Assembly (NCBI GenBank): GCA_951406725.2
Contig: OX597818.1
Coordinates: 125,426,001-125,490,000, forward strand
Direction: 5' to 3'
DNA: 64,000 bases
Source: Octopus vulgaris
Lineage: Eukaryota
Position 1 is the first letter of the stretch; every line of letters begins with the position of its first letter. Positions 52,559-64,000 of this stretch are shown in pieces. The position numbers and the translations under genes were made by a program. The notes below the pieces were generated by a model. That model did not search any database and was not told the origin of the DNA. It saw only the letters and a list, made by a program, of their open reading frames with translations.

Positions 52559-53701
52559 CTTCCACACAATTACCGCCAATCAAATTCACTCACAAGGCAT
52601 TGGTCGACCAAGGACTATAGTAGAAGACACTTGCCCAATCTACCTAACAGTGGAACAGAATCCCAAACCACGTGGTTTCAAAGTGAGCTTCTTAACCACG
52701 TGATCATACATGTTCTTTTACACGTTTCTCACAAGTTACATGCTATGAGGTTATTACAGACTAATGTCCGTTGTTGACTAGTTATTAATATGTTACTGAG
52801 AGGCCAAATAATTGAGATGCCGATTAACGTACCGCAGAGTTTTTCAACCGAAGTTACCCGGAACTCTAAAGTTCCGCAAGAAGTCCGTAGGTGTTTCGCA
52901 AGAATTAATGATAATCAGGAAGATTATATATAAATGAATTTTGTACTCATATTTGTATTTAATTCTATACTTGTATGTAAGGCCTTGTGCTTTCAATTAT
53001 TCTGTAGTTGATATTTTATAGTTAACAAATGTGTTTTTTATTATAATGGTCAGATAACAGCCCAAGAGTCGTTTCACATTTCATTTATCAGTAATTCTGA
53101 AAAAAGAGATATGATTGTTAAATCTTGTCTTGAACTCGTAATTTTATTATACACATATAGCATATTTCAGAAGGTAGGGAAATCCTGCTATTTGCAGGTC
53201 GGAAAAAAAAAATGACCTTTTCAAATGAAGCTGTTGGGAAATTTGGCCTAAAGAAAGTCTTCATTAAGACGAAATTTCTTAAACCCTCTTCGTATGGTTT
53301 CTTGTATCTAGCACTGGCAACCTTTCAAAAGCAGTTTTAGAGTTTGTTTAATCCAACATGGAATTTATCTTTATGAAAGAGAAGGAAAAAATTAATAAAG
53401 ATATACAAGATGTTTTATGTAAGGGTTCCTGAGATATAGAATACATTTCAAAGGTTTCTCCAAGACTAAAAAAAGCTTGTAAAATGCTGGCGTGCAGGAA
53501 ATAACGTGATCAAAACTCGTAAAATTCTCTATAACTGTACCGTCACAATCATCATCAGAGCCACTATCGTTACGACCGCAATTACTATATATAATGATCA
53601 AAATCTTCATTATTCTTCTCTACCTTCTAATCATTACCGTCGTCACCTTCATCATCATCATTATCACGATACTATCTTTACCGTTTCCTTACAGTCATAC
53701 G

Positions 53702-54083
53702 TGGAGGCGCAATGGCCCAGTGGTTAGGGCAGCGGACTCGCGGTCATAGGATCGTGGTTTCGATTCCCAGACCGGGCGTTGTGAGTGTTTATTGAGCGAA
53801 AACACCTAAAGCTCTACGAGGCTCCGGCAGGGGATGGTGGTGATCCCTGCTGTAGTCTTTCACCACAACTTTCTCTCTTACTTCCTGTTTCTGTTGTACC
53901 TGTATTTCAAAGGGCCGGCCTTGTCACTCTCTGTGTCACGCTGAATATCCCCGAGAACTACGTTAAGTGTACACGTGTCTGTGGAGTGCTCAGCCACTTA
54001 CACGTTAATTTCACGAGCAGGTGTTCCGTTGATTCGGATCAACCGGAACCCTCGTCGTCGTAACCGATGGAGTGCTTCCATCC
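53702..54083 (+). mobile_element. SINE family R variant with an 11 bp TSD
   Basis: Same head as 38353-38669 but a different 3' body; TSD ACAGTCATACG at 53691-53701 and 54084-54094. Confidence 0.88.
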
Positions 54084-54596
54084 ACAGTCATACGCATGAG
54101 GTTCATCGCGATCGTCATTAGTAAGATCATCATTATCGTTGTGATCTTCATTACCACTATCGCCACCAACACCGCGACCATAACGATAACAATGAGACGA
54201 CGACGACGACGACGAATATTAGCCACATCTCCAACAAGTACCATCCGAAATGTACCCACTCCCTACATATGACCGCCAATGGCGAGTGAAGCCGCCCACC
54301 GGAAACTGCATCATCAAACTGTATGAGAACAGTTGATGAGGTGTTGTCAACCCGACTTCCAAAGTAGACTGGGAGAGGGAGGACACGAAATGGGGTGGCG
54401 AAAATAACAAGTATAGACTTCACATAGAAGTATACAATATAAGCGCGTACGCACGCGTGCACGCACATACACATATAAATGAGCGAACACATACGGACGC
54501 ACACATGGATACACAAACTCATACACATGAGCGTTCACGCATCCTCTTTGCACAAATACTTCCGAACGCATTCATATACGTGTGTGCGTACTCTCT

Positions 54597-54885
54597 CTAT
54601 CCGCTCAGTCGAAGTCGACTCTCGGTCACTCGTTGGATCAGTGTCCTCCAGTCAGTTCTATCCTGGGCCGCTTCCTTCAGATTGGCCATGTCCATTCCGG
54701 TATCACTCCTGATGGTTCTTGGTCGGCCTCTTCTTCTCTTGCCACTGACCATTCCGAGCATGATGTCCTTCTCCAGGGATTCTCTCCGCATAATATGACC
54801 GAAATATGCCAATCTACGCTTGGTGATCCCAGGTTCTAGCCACATTTTCGGCCTTATCTGCTTAAGAACTTCTCCATTGGTGAGC
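54597..54885 (-). mobile_element. RTE (BovB-like) LINE 3' end
   Basis: TNGEVLKQI..KRRLAYFGHIMRRESLEKDIMLGMVSGKRRRGRPRT..AAQDRTDWRTLIQRVTESRLRL. Confidence 0.88.
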
Positions 54886-54952
54886 GTACAAAAACACAAA
54901 AACACACGTACGCGAGCGCAGACTCCTCATAAACTCTACAAACCGTTTGTAC

Positions 54953-55015
<63 letters not shown>

Positions 55016-55167
55016 ATGACTATCTCTCCGTCTGTCTGTCTGTCTGTCGGTCTCTGTCTCTGTCTCTCTCTCTCTCTCTAAAGTCGAAAGATTTTCAGTT
55101 ATATTCTCTCGGTTTCTCTATGTGTATGTGTGTAAACATACATACGTACATACATACAAACCTACAT

Positions 55168-55385
55168 CAAAATGTGACCGCGTGTGTACCGTTGGCGATT
55201 TTTTTTCCTCTGTCTTCCCTTCTCTGGATCTTTCCTTCTCCTATGTTTCCGACGAAGAGCTCCGCTCGAAACGTTAAACCCTCCTTCTTTCCTTCTTTTC
55301 TGAGCGTCCAATAATACTATATTTGTTCCACGTCCTCGCGTTGTTGTGTTTTCTCTTTGTGTTTTCATGTTTGGATTAACTTTAC
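55168..55385 (+). mobile_element. HHR-bearing repeat family B (HHR 55245-55279)
   Basis: Near-identical to 13628-13826. Confidence 0.82.
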
Positions 55386-55464
55386 ATACATACATAAACA
55401 CACACACACACACACACATATATGTGTGTGTAGCAAATAAGTAACAAGGATGCCCAGGTATGAA

Positions 55465-55551
55465 TGCATTACGGCCGTTTCAAGCAGCTCCATTTAATCG
55501 ATCAATGAAAACATGACATATATTTGAAACAAACCGCACTCCTCAGTAGCA
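55465..55551 (-). ncRNA. Type I hammerhead ribozyme
   Basis: Minus strand TGCTA-CTGAGGA-GTGCGG..CTGCTT-GAAA-CGGCCG-TA^ATGCA. Confidence 0.65.
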
Positions 55552-56496
55552 GATGACCCTAGAGATTTCCAATTTAAAAGAACTTTACTGTCAAATCCCA
55601 ATGGATTTAACTCTGTATGCTGCATATAATCTTATAAATAAAATAAAATAACGATAAAGATAAACGGTCACTCAAATAGCGCAAACCTCCGTCAAGGCAA
55701 CATCAACGTCCTCCCAACGATTAACCGGAGATAATTTTTAAAATCAGAATATCTGAAATAAATTCGACTGCTCCTACAAACGAGAATACTAAAAATGAGC
55801 CCGACCGCTCTCAAAAATTAAGTAAAAAAAATACAGGAAAAAAAATCCAGAATCCATCCTTGTCGGTATGTAATCCGTCCCAATGGTAGTCATGAAATGT
55901 GAAGGTGGGTGTGAGGGCCGTGTTTGTAATGCTGTGAGTGTGTCGTCTGCGGTGGGAACAGGGACAGTTTTCTCTATGAAAGCCTTTTTTAGTTTATCCA
56001 CTGATATAGGGTCTCCGACCATTAAGGACTACAGTGAAAAATTTATCCGTGCGTGAAAAAAAAGACAAAACAGAAAGGACCTGCATACGGTGCTGTTAAC
56101 GGAAGTTCAACAACATCGTTGCGCACAAAAAACGCGAGTCCAAGAAGTAAAGCTTCCTTCAAGGCAGAGCTAGAAATGCAATAGTCAAGTAGGTAAAAGG
56201 TTTTAAACAAGAGTGATATATTCAAAATTGGTGAAACAAAAATTGTCGAGGATAAATTAAATGTATTATTGTTACTGAAATTAAATGTATTATTGTTACT
56301 TTGGAAACAGCAACGCCGCCATAACTTACATGGAAACCATAAGCGTGCTTCCAAGGGAGATAATCAGCGAAAGACTTGAAAGTCAACATAAGATCGTAAT
56401 ACTTCATGTAAAGTAAATATAACAAATAATCCAGAACTGATGTAAACTGTTTTTAAAAATGGTTTATCACATCTATTGGCAAGCTATAGGGTCGTC

Positions 56497-56583
56497 TGCT
56501 TCTGAGGAGAGCGGTTTCTTTCAAATTGATGCAATGTTTTCATTGATCGATTAAATGGTTCTGCTTGAAATGACCTTAATGCA
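56497..56583 (+). ncRNA. Decayed hammerhead, inverted partner of 55465-55551
   Basis: TGCTT-CTGAGGA-GAGCGG..CTGCTT-GAAA-TGACCT-TA-ATGCA; arms 55432-55565 and 56485-56615 are inverted. Confidence 0.55.
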
Positions 56584-56728
56584 TTGATACCTGGAAATCT
56601 TTCTTACTTATTTGTTTTTTATTCACCTAATTTGTCGTTAGCCAGCTGAAGATGTCTTCCTGGGGCTATAGACAATAGTAGCATCGTTCCATATGGGTCA
56701 GTCAAATTTAGGTGGAAAGTATACTTTG

Positions 56729-56783
<55 letters not shown>

Positions 56784-57144
56784 AAATAAGAAAATAGAGG
56801 AATAGCATAAAAATAATACGTATGTATTATTTTTATGCTATTATCTTACTTATTGATGTATATTGTTTTATTCTGTTGGATTTGGATGTTCCTATTTAAT
56901 TAGTTAATAAATTATATGAATTGGTATTATCTGTAAGTTGATGATTGTAAGGAATCTATTCCTCCACTTTCTTATTTTGTATTATCAATTTTAGGTAAAG
57001 CATTTTACCTTCGCCCATATAATACAATAAATGAATTGCATTGCAATTGTAAGCATTTATGTATTAGCCTTTTGGGTACTTCACTGGCAGTATATTGGAT
57101 AACTGATATCCCATAGTGGGTTACACTCATAACCCCTATCTCAC

Positions 57145-57214
<70 letters not shown>

Positions 57215-57503
57215 CACACACATACACAAACATATATGATGCAAAATAGGAAAAACAGTTAGCACTCCCGTTGACAAGAACGGAAGAGACCAATTGATCT
57301 TTCTAACACATATGAGTATTGTTCTCTACTTTAGAGCAACATAGCTGTGAGGCAAGAAGCTAGTTTTCCAGCCACATAGTTCCGGGTGCAGTCTCCCTGC
57401 GTGGCACCTTAGGCAAGTGTCTTCTAAGGCAAGTGTCTCGGGCCGACCAAAGTTTTGTGAGCTGATATGGTAGACGGAAACTCAAAGAAGCCCGATGTAT
57501 ATG

Positions 57504-57553
<50 letters not shown>

Positions 57554-57647
57554 AATTACGGTTGACCTTTTGGCCTTTGGCCGATAACTGACGAGGATTT
57601 GGTAACTTTCTATACCTGTTCCCGTTTGTGCATTTATTATTTGTTTT

Positions 57648-57707
<60 letters not shown>

Positions 57708-57831
57708 GCGCCCACGCACACACGTACACACACATACATGTACACACACGCACGCACGTATACACACACACATAAATGCGCACTCACATATATATACAGA
57801 CAGAAAGACATAGATAGATAGATAGATAGAT

Positions 57832-57890
<59 letters not shown>

Positions 57891-58186
57891 TAAATATCTT
57901 CTCTATTTAATCTGTCTCCCTTGCTCTCTTTCTGTTTCTCTACCTTTCTCTTTCATCCTCTCATTCCTTAACTTGCAAACTACCATTTATAGTCTCTTAG
58001 CAACCGGAAAACATTTCAACAACAAACGGTGCCAAGCAGACGACACCGTTGTTTCAGAGCTTAGCACTTTCTTAAGTAGTTTGAACAAAAGGTTATTAAC
58101 AAGGGATCAAATATACAACGATACTAAGGATGGAGGGGGGAGGCGCATATAGGAAAGGGGATATATATATAACGAAGAAGACAAAT

Positions 58187-58225
<39 letters not shown>

Positions 58226-58489
58226 AAGAGGAAGTAGTAGGGAGTTGAAGAGCGCATGGTGGTTTTATGATGGGATCAAAGGGCGACAAAAATAATGCAG
58301 AGGCAGAATCATTAGAAGTGTCTCTGCACCCCGACATCCACGGGTTTGCGTGTATGTTTGTATATGTGTGCATATGTGTGTGTGTGTATGCGTGTATGTG
58401 TGTGTCTGTTTGTGTGCTTCTCTGTATATGTGTGTGTGTGTGAATGCATGTGTGTGACTGCCTGAGCTTGTTTTTGAAATCTTTTTTCT

Positions 58490-59348
58490 CTTTTACTTGT
58501 TTCAGTCAGTCAGTCAGTCAGTCATTAGACTGCGGCCATGCTGGAGCACCGCCTTTTAGTCGAACAAACCGAACCCAGGAATTATTCTCTGTAAGTCTAG
58601 TACTTATTCTATCGGTCTCTTTTGTCGTACCGCTAAGTTACAGGATCGTAAACACACCAGCGTCGGATGTCAAGCGATGGCGGAGAGACAAACACAGACA
58701 CACAAATACATACATACATACATACATACATACATACATACATACATACATACATACATGGATATATATATATATATCCATGGAGTGGCTGTGTGGTAAG
58801 TAGCTTGCTAACCAACCACATGGTTCCGGGTTCAGTCCCACTGCGTGGCATCTTGGGCAAATGTCTTCTGCTATAGCCCCGGGCCAACCAATGCCTTGTG
58901 AGTGGATTTGGTAGACGGAAACTTAAAGAAGCCTGTCGTATATATGTATATATATATGTATGTGTGTTTGTGTGTCTGTGTTTGTCCCCCTAGCATTGCT
59001 CGACAACCGATGCTGGTGTGTTTACGTCCCCCGTCACTTAGCGGTTCGGCAAAAGAGACCGATAAAATAAGTACTGGGCTTACAAAGAATAAGTCCCGGG
59101 GTCGATTTGCTCGATTAAAGGTGGTGCTCCAGCATGGCCGCAGTCAAATGACTGAAACAAGTAAAAGAGTAAAAAAGAGAGTAAAAGAGTATATATATAT
59201 AGGCGCAGGAGTGGCTGTGTGGTAAATAGCTTGCTTACCAACCACATGGTTCCGGGTTCAGTCCCACTGCGTGGCATCATGGGCAAGTGTCTTCTGCTAT
59301 AGCCCCGGGCCGACCAATGCCTTGTGAGTGGATTTGGTAGACGGAAAT
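58490..59348. mobile_element. Cluster of SINE A copies (minus partial, plus full 58781-59190, plus 5' part 59202-59348)
   Basis: Similarity to 544-970. Confidence 0.88.
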
Positions 59349-59367
59349 ATATATATATATATATAAT

Positions 59368-59600
59368 TTTAATCCAAACGGGAAACAAAAAAACAACAAC
59401 AAGGGAACAATTACAGTATTATTATTAATAGGCGCTCAGGAAATGGAAGCAGGGAGGTATGACGTTTCGAGCGGAGCTCTTCGTCGGAAACATAAAGAAG
59501 GAAGAGAGAGGAAAGAAAGATCCCGGAGCGGGCAACGGAGATAGAGAAAAAACGGCTGGTGTTAGCAGTAGCACATGGTGAAAGGCGGATGTTTACGATA
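59368..59600 (-). mobile_element. Family B-related element (HHR 59457-59491, GUC site)
   Basis: Minus strand GTTT-CCGACGA-AGAGC-TCC-GCTC-GAAA-CGT-C^ATAC; flanks diverge from the other B copies. Confidence 0.72.
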
Positions 59601-60454
59601 ACAAGAGCAAAGTGGGTTTTTAAAGGCAAAAGAGTGGAGACAAGGTTGGTAACGCAACAGATGTGTGTGTATGTGTGAGTGTGTGCGTGTGCGTGTGTGT
59701 ATGTGTGTGTGTGAGGCGAGGTAAAAAAACAAAAAATATATGTATGTGTTAGTGTGTGCGTCTGTGTGTAGGCGTGTGAGGTAGGGCGAGACGGTGGTCA
59801 GCATAGCAGCAGCATAGCAGACAAAGGTCAGTAGTGAGAAAAGGGAGGAAGGAGGAAGGGAGGGAGGGGAAGGGGTGGGGGCGTATGTAGCGTGCCAGCG
59901 TGTGTTGAGTAGTAGTGTGTGTGTGTGTCCAGTGTCGTGGTAGTATTAGTGGCGAGTAGATTGAATGTGTGTAAGAGTGATGTATATGTTTAAGCAATGT
60001 GTGTATATGTGTGCGCGTGTGTGTAACGAAAAAAAGGGGGGGGGGTTAGGAAAAGGACTCCAGCGGAGGGGAAGATGGAAGAGTGGTCCCGCGGAGACGG
60101 GCGTGGGAAAACCCAACGACAAGCGACATCCCAGGAACGGGCGGGAGGTCTCGTCGGGTCCAAGGGCGAGGTGCATGCGGGCGCATGCGTGCGCGAACCG
60201 GCGCAAACGCGTGTGTGCGCGAGCCTGCGAGTGTGCGCGTACGTATGTGTGCGTGTGGATGTGTGAGTGTGTCTGTGTGTATGTCTGGGTGGCAGTGTGT
60301 CCGATGAATGTATGTGAGTATGTGTGTATATATGTGTGTGCATAGATGTATGTCCGTGTGTGTGTGTGTGTGTGTATGTGTGTATGAGTGTGTATGTATG
60401 TACGTGTGGGTGTGGGGAAGTGTATATATATATATATGATTGTGTGTGTGTGTG

Positions 60455-60656
60455 TGTCTGTGTTTGTCCCCCTAGCATTGCTTGACAACCGATGCTGGTG
60501 TGTTTACGTCCCCGTCACTTAGCGGCTCGGCAAAAGAGACCGATAGAATAAGTACTGAGCTTACAAAGAATAAGTCCCGGGGTCGATTTGCTCGACTAAA
60601 GGCGGTGCTCCAGCATGGCCGCAGTCAAATGACTGAAACAAATAAAAGAGTAAAAA

Positions 60657-60722
<66 letters not shown>

Positions 60723-60930
60723 GACGGGCTTTTTTCAGTTTCCGTCTACCAAATCCACTCACAAGGCTTTGGTCGACCCTAGGCTATAGCAGAAGACACT
60801 TGCTCAAGATGCCACTGCGTGGTAAGTGTCTTCTGAACCCAGAACATGTGGTTGGGTTCAACCCGCATTTTGAACCCAGAACCATGTGGTTGGGAAGCAA
60901 GATTCTTACCGCACAGCCACTCCTGCGCCT
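60455..60930. mobile_element. SINE A pieces (plus 3' half, minus 5' half)
   Basis: Similarity to 544-970. Confidence 0.85.
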
Positions 60931-61409
60931 ATTGTGCAGTAACTTGCAGGAAATTGATTATGATGCCCAACACGCATTTCATCACACATGCGCGCGGGCA
61001 CACACAAACACATACACGCACGCACATGCACATGCCTACACTTATAGAAGTGCTAGACAGTTACCCATCATATTACGGATATCTGTGAAAGTATAATTTT
61101 GCCACCACAGGTAATATCAAGAAATAAGGTATACATACAGTAATTATAGTTAAACGTTTATCTCATCTCCTCGTGCATTCATGCTTATATAAAATGACGA
61201 GATGAATGTTAATTTCCAAACCAAAAATAATTATCACCTTAAAATATATTAAGCAAATTTCTTATTTGTATAACTTGCAATACTAGGCTTTAGATAATAA
61301 GTTCTGGAGTTGATTTGTTCCACTAAAACCCTTCAAGGCAGTACTCCAGTATGGCTGCACTCAAATAACTGAAACAAGCATAGGAATATATATATATATA
61401 TAAGCATAG

Positions 61410-61444
<35 letters not shown>

Positions 61445-61450
<6 letters not shown>

Positions 61451-61645
61451 AATATAAGATAGCGTCCACTATGTGGTCGACTCATGCGCTAAAAATAGAT
61501 CCGTTATTTTTCATTTGTCCTGCTCGTTTACGTTCATAGTTGTGCTAATTCTCCTTGGAAACAATTCTTGGTGGTTGAGACCATAGCAGATCTATTTTTA
61601 GCGCAAGAGTCGACCACATAGTGGACACTCTCTTATATTTGTGTA
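61445..61645. repeat. Fold-back inverted repeat with ~57 bp arms
   Basis: TACACAAATATAAGA..GTCCACTATGTGGTCGACTC..AAAAATAGATC is inverted at 61589-61645. Confidence 0.8.
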
Positions 61646-61743
61646 TTAATTTTTATTGTATCCCTGGTTTTTATGCGCTAAACCACTTGGTGTTAAATTG
61701 ATGGTATTATTAAAATAATATCCAATTTTTTCACCCTTATTTT

Positions 61744-61784
<41 letters not shown>

Positions 61785-62214
61785 CATTACAGATATAGGG
61801 TAAAGAATTATTAATTTAATAATTAATAAATTTTACCAAGTAGTTTCGGTAAGGAAAAAAGCCCTTATCGGTAAAAACTTATACAAAAAGTCATTTTTGT
61901 AATTATAAATATATTTAACGGTTTAGCAGCAAGTTGCTTCATCACATACCGAAAATTTAGAAATAGCAGTCAAAGACAGCTAAATCTTTTAACTACAAAT
62001 CTGACTCCACAGATAGCAATATTTGTAACTCACATAGGCAAAAAGAAGAAAAAATAACGAAATCAAACAGTCTACGATTAATTATGTACGCGTTTCGGGA
62101 TTAGAATTATAAAATCCATTTCCTTCATATATGCATATATACATATGCTTATATGGGTGCAGGACGTCACCCATATATGGGCATGCAGTTCTCTGGATAT
62201 GATTAGAAAGATAA

Positions 62215-62907
62215 GGCTCGAGTATACAGGGGTGCTAGTAAGAAATTAGATAACATTATACGTAATGATGCCTGCCCTAGATATACCTGCTAGTGATACC
62301 TGCCCTAGATATAGAAACAAAACTGGAATAGAATACAAAGAACTTGCGACAAAGCAAACAGGGCGAACACATGGTATAAAACCAACAAACAACAAGATAT
62401 GTTGTTTGTAGAGGCCACAGTCCATGGAGAACTAATCCGTCGATTTAGGAAACCTCTGAAGGAGTCCAAACTCAACATTAAAATTGTTGAAAAGCCAGGA
62501 AAATCCGTCAGATCACAACTATATAGGACATACCCCTTTGAGAATACCATATGTACCAATGATAACTGCATGACATGTAGGATTAGCCCTGGCATTAACT
62601 ATAGAACTCGAAATGTAGTTTACAGCATAAGATGCATAGAAGGTGCTTGTAAAGACATGAACATGACATGCATAGGGGAGACATCTAGGAGCATTGCGGA
62701 ATGACTAAATGAACATCTGAGACAATACGACGACAAAAACAGTCCTCCATACTCTACAAACATGCAAATGACCAACATGGAGGTAACCTGGGTCAACTTG
62801 ACATCCGCATCTTATCCAAGCACCCAAAGGATCCAACACTCAGACAAATATGGGAGTACGTCCTCATAAATAAAACTTCTCCTATACTAAATAGGAAATA
62901 TACATAG
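62215..62907 (+). pseudogene. Penelope-like element GIY-YIG endonuclease C-terminal fragment
   Basis: LFVEATVHGEL..KIVEKPG..CTNDNCMTC..RNVVYSIRC..CIGETSRSIAE*LNEH..LYKHANDQH..DPTLRQIWE..PILNRK. Confidence 0.85.
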
Positions 62908-63078
62908 TAGATATCATACCCCTATACCCACAGTTTACACAGGTAGATTGGAATAGTTAGTGGGCTGTTATGTAGAGAGATGTATGTATGTATGTATGTA
63001 TGTATGTATGTATGTATGTATGTATGTATGTATGTACGTATGTGGGGAGTGTATGTATTTATATATATATATATATAT

Positions 63079-63436
63079 AGGTGAGAAAGTTGGTGTGTGA
63101 AAGCACGTGGTTGGATATATAGAAAATAGAAAAGAGTGAAAAAACTAAAGAAGGCTTGTTTTATAAGGTTAAAGAATATATTTAAGTCGTTATATTAGAA
63201 GAATGTTATAAAATTTTGCATAGAGTCACATAGTTTTTGGAGAAATTTGAAAAGTTAACACGAAACCGGTAATTTTTCCAAAAACTATGTTACTCTATGC
63301 AAAATTTTATAACATTCTTCTAACATAACGACTTAAATATATTCTTTAACCTTATAAAACAAGCCTTCTGTAGCTTTTTCACTCTTTTCTATTTTCTATA
63401 TATCCAACCACGTGCTTTCACACACCAACTTTCTCA

Positions 63437-63439
<3 letters not shown>
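63079..63439. repeat. Fold-back element with ~168 bp arms and a 23 nt spacer, inside (TA)n
   Basis: AGGTGAGAAAGTTGG..GGAGAAATT / AATTTTTCC..CCAACTTTCTCACCT; the spacer carries CGAAACCGGTA. Confidence 0.9.
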
Positions 63440-63522
<83 letters not shown>

Positions 63523-64000
63523 GATGTATGCATGTGTGTGCGGGTGGGTGTATGAATATATATATATATATATGTATATGCACATGTATGTAAGCATATG
63601 GATATGAATATAAACAGATCAACATACAGACAGATAGTTGCGTAGGTTATAAGAACAAACAAGCACACATACGCAAATGAGGAATGAAACACATGACCAT
63701 ATATACACACATAAATAGATACATATGCACACACACATACGTGCATACACACACATGCATACATACATACATACATACATACATGCATGCATGTATAGGC
63801 AAACACACACACACTGATCCACACACATGCGCATAAAACAAACAGAAAGGAACGCAGTTGAGTAACGGACAGAGGCAAAACTATTGAAAAGGTTGCAAGA
63901 TGCAACGAAAATTTTAGAAAAATAAAAAAGAAATAAGTGGAAATTTTACCGGTTAGTGTGTTAAATTATAAGGCACCAAAAGAAAATAACTCTCCCCAGA

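Noticed and set aside
52835-53500. Possible hAT/Charlie remnant (CAGAGTTTTTCAACC end)
   Set aside because: Only one TIR-like end and no clearly readable transposase motif
53702-53778. tRNA gene
   Set aside because: It is the tRNA-like head of a TSD-flanked SINE with no intact acceptor stem
62702-62704. In-frame TGA as selenocysteine (as in Naiad-type PLEs)
   Set aside because: It falls at a conserved Arg position (ER), consistent with CGA>TGA decay; the TGAs in the 6885 fragment are also at non-Cys positions

Overview
AT-rich eukaryotic DNA saturated with microsatellites, most likely from a coleoid cephalopod (Octopus-like). This is inferred from the tRNA-derived SINE families and the (TA)n/(TACA)n/(TATC)n/(AAT)n load. 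No intact host protein-coding gene is evident, and almost all ORF-track entries are translated microsatellites or SINEs. The window is a mosaic of three or more tRNA-SINE families, fragments of Penelope-like (GIY-YIG), Tx1, R4/Dong and RTE retrotransposons, a near full-length Chapaev3-type DNA transposon, a Tc1 remnant, non-autonomous Helitrons and MITEs. The main unexplained signal is about 15 type I hammerhead ribozyme (HHR) motifs from several sequence families. They have palindromic stem III sequences and sit in short non-coding Penelope pLTR/retrozyme-like units inserted in microsatellites, often as fold-back structures whose junctions lie in or beside the ribozyme. The clearest case is a ~1.3 kb palindrome built from a ~507 bp HHR unit. 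Also notable are a U6 snRNA fused to a retroposon 3' tail, a Tx1 element found only inside (TATC)n, and a Chapaev copy flanked by a 22 bp duplication. All motifs were read by eye and element boundaries are approximate.
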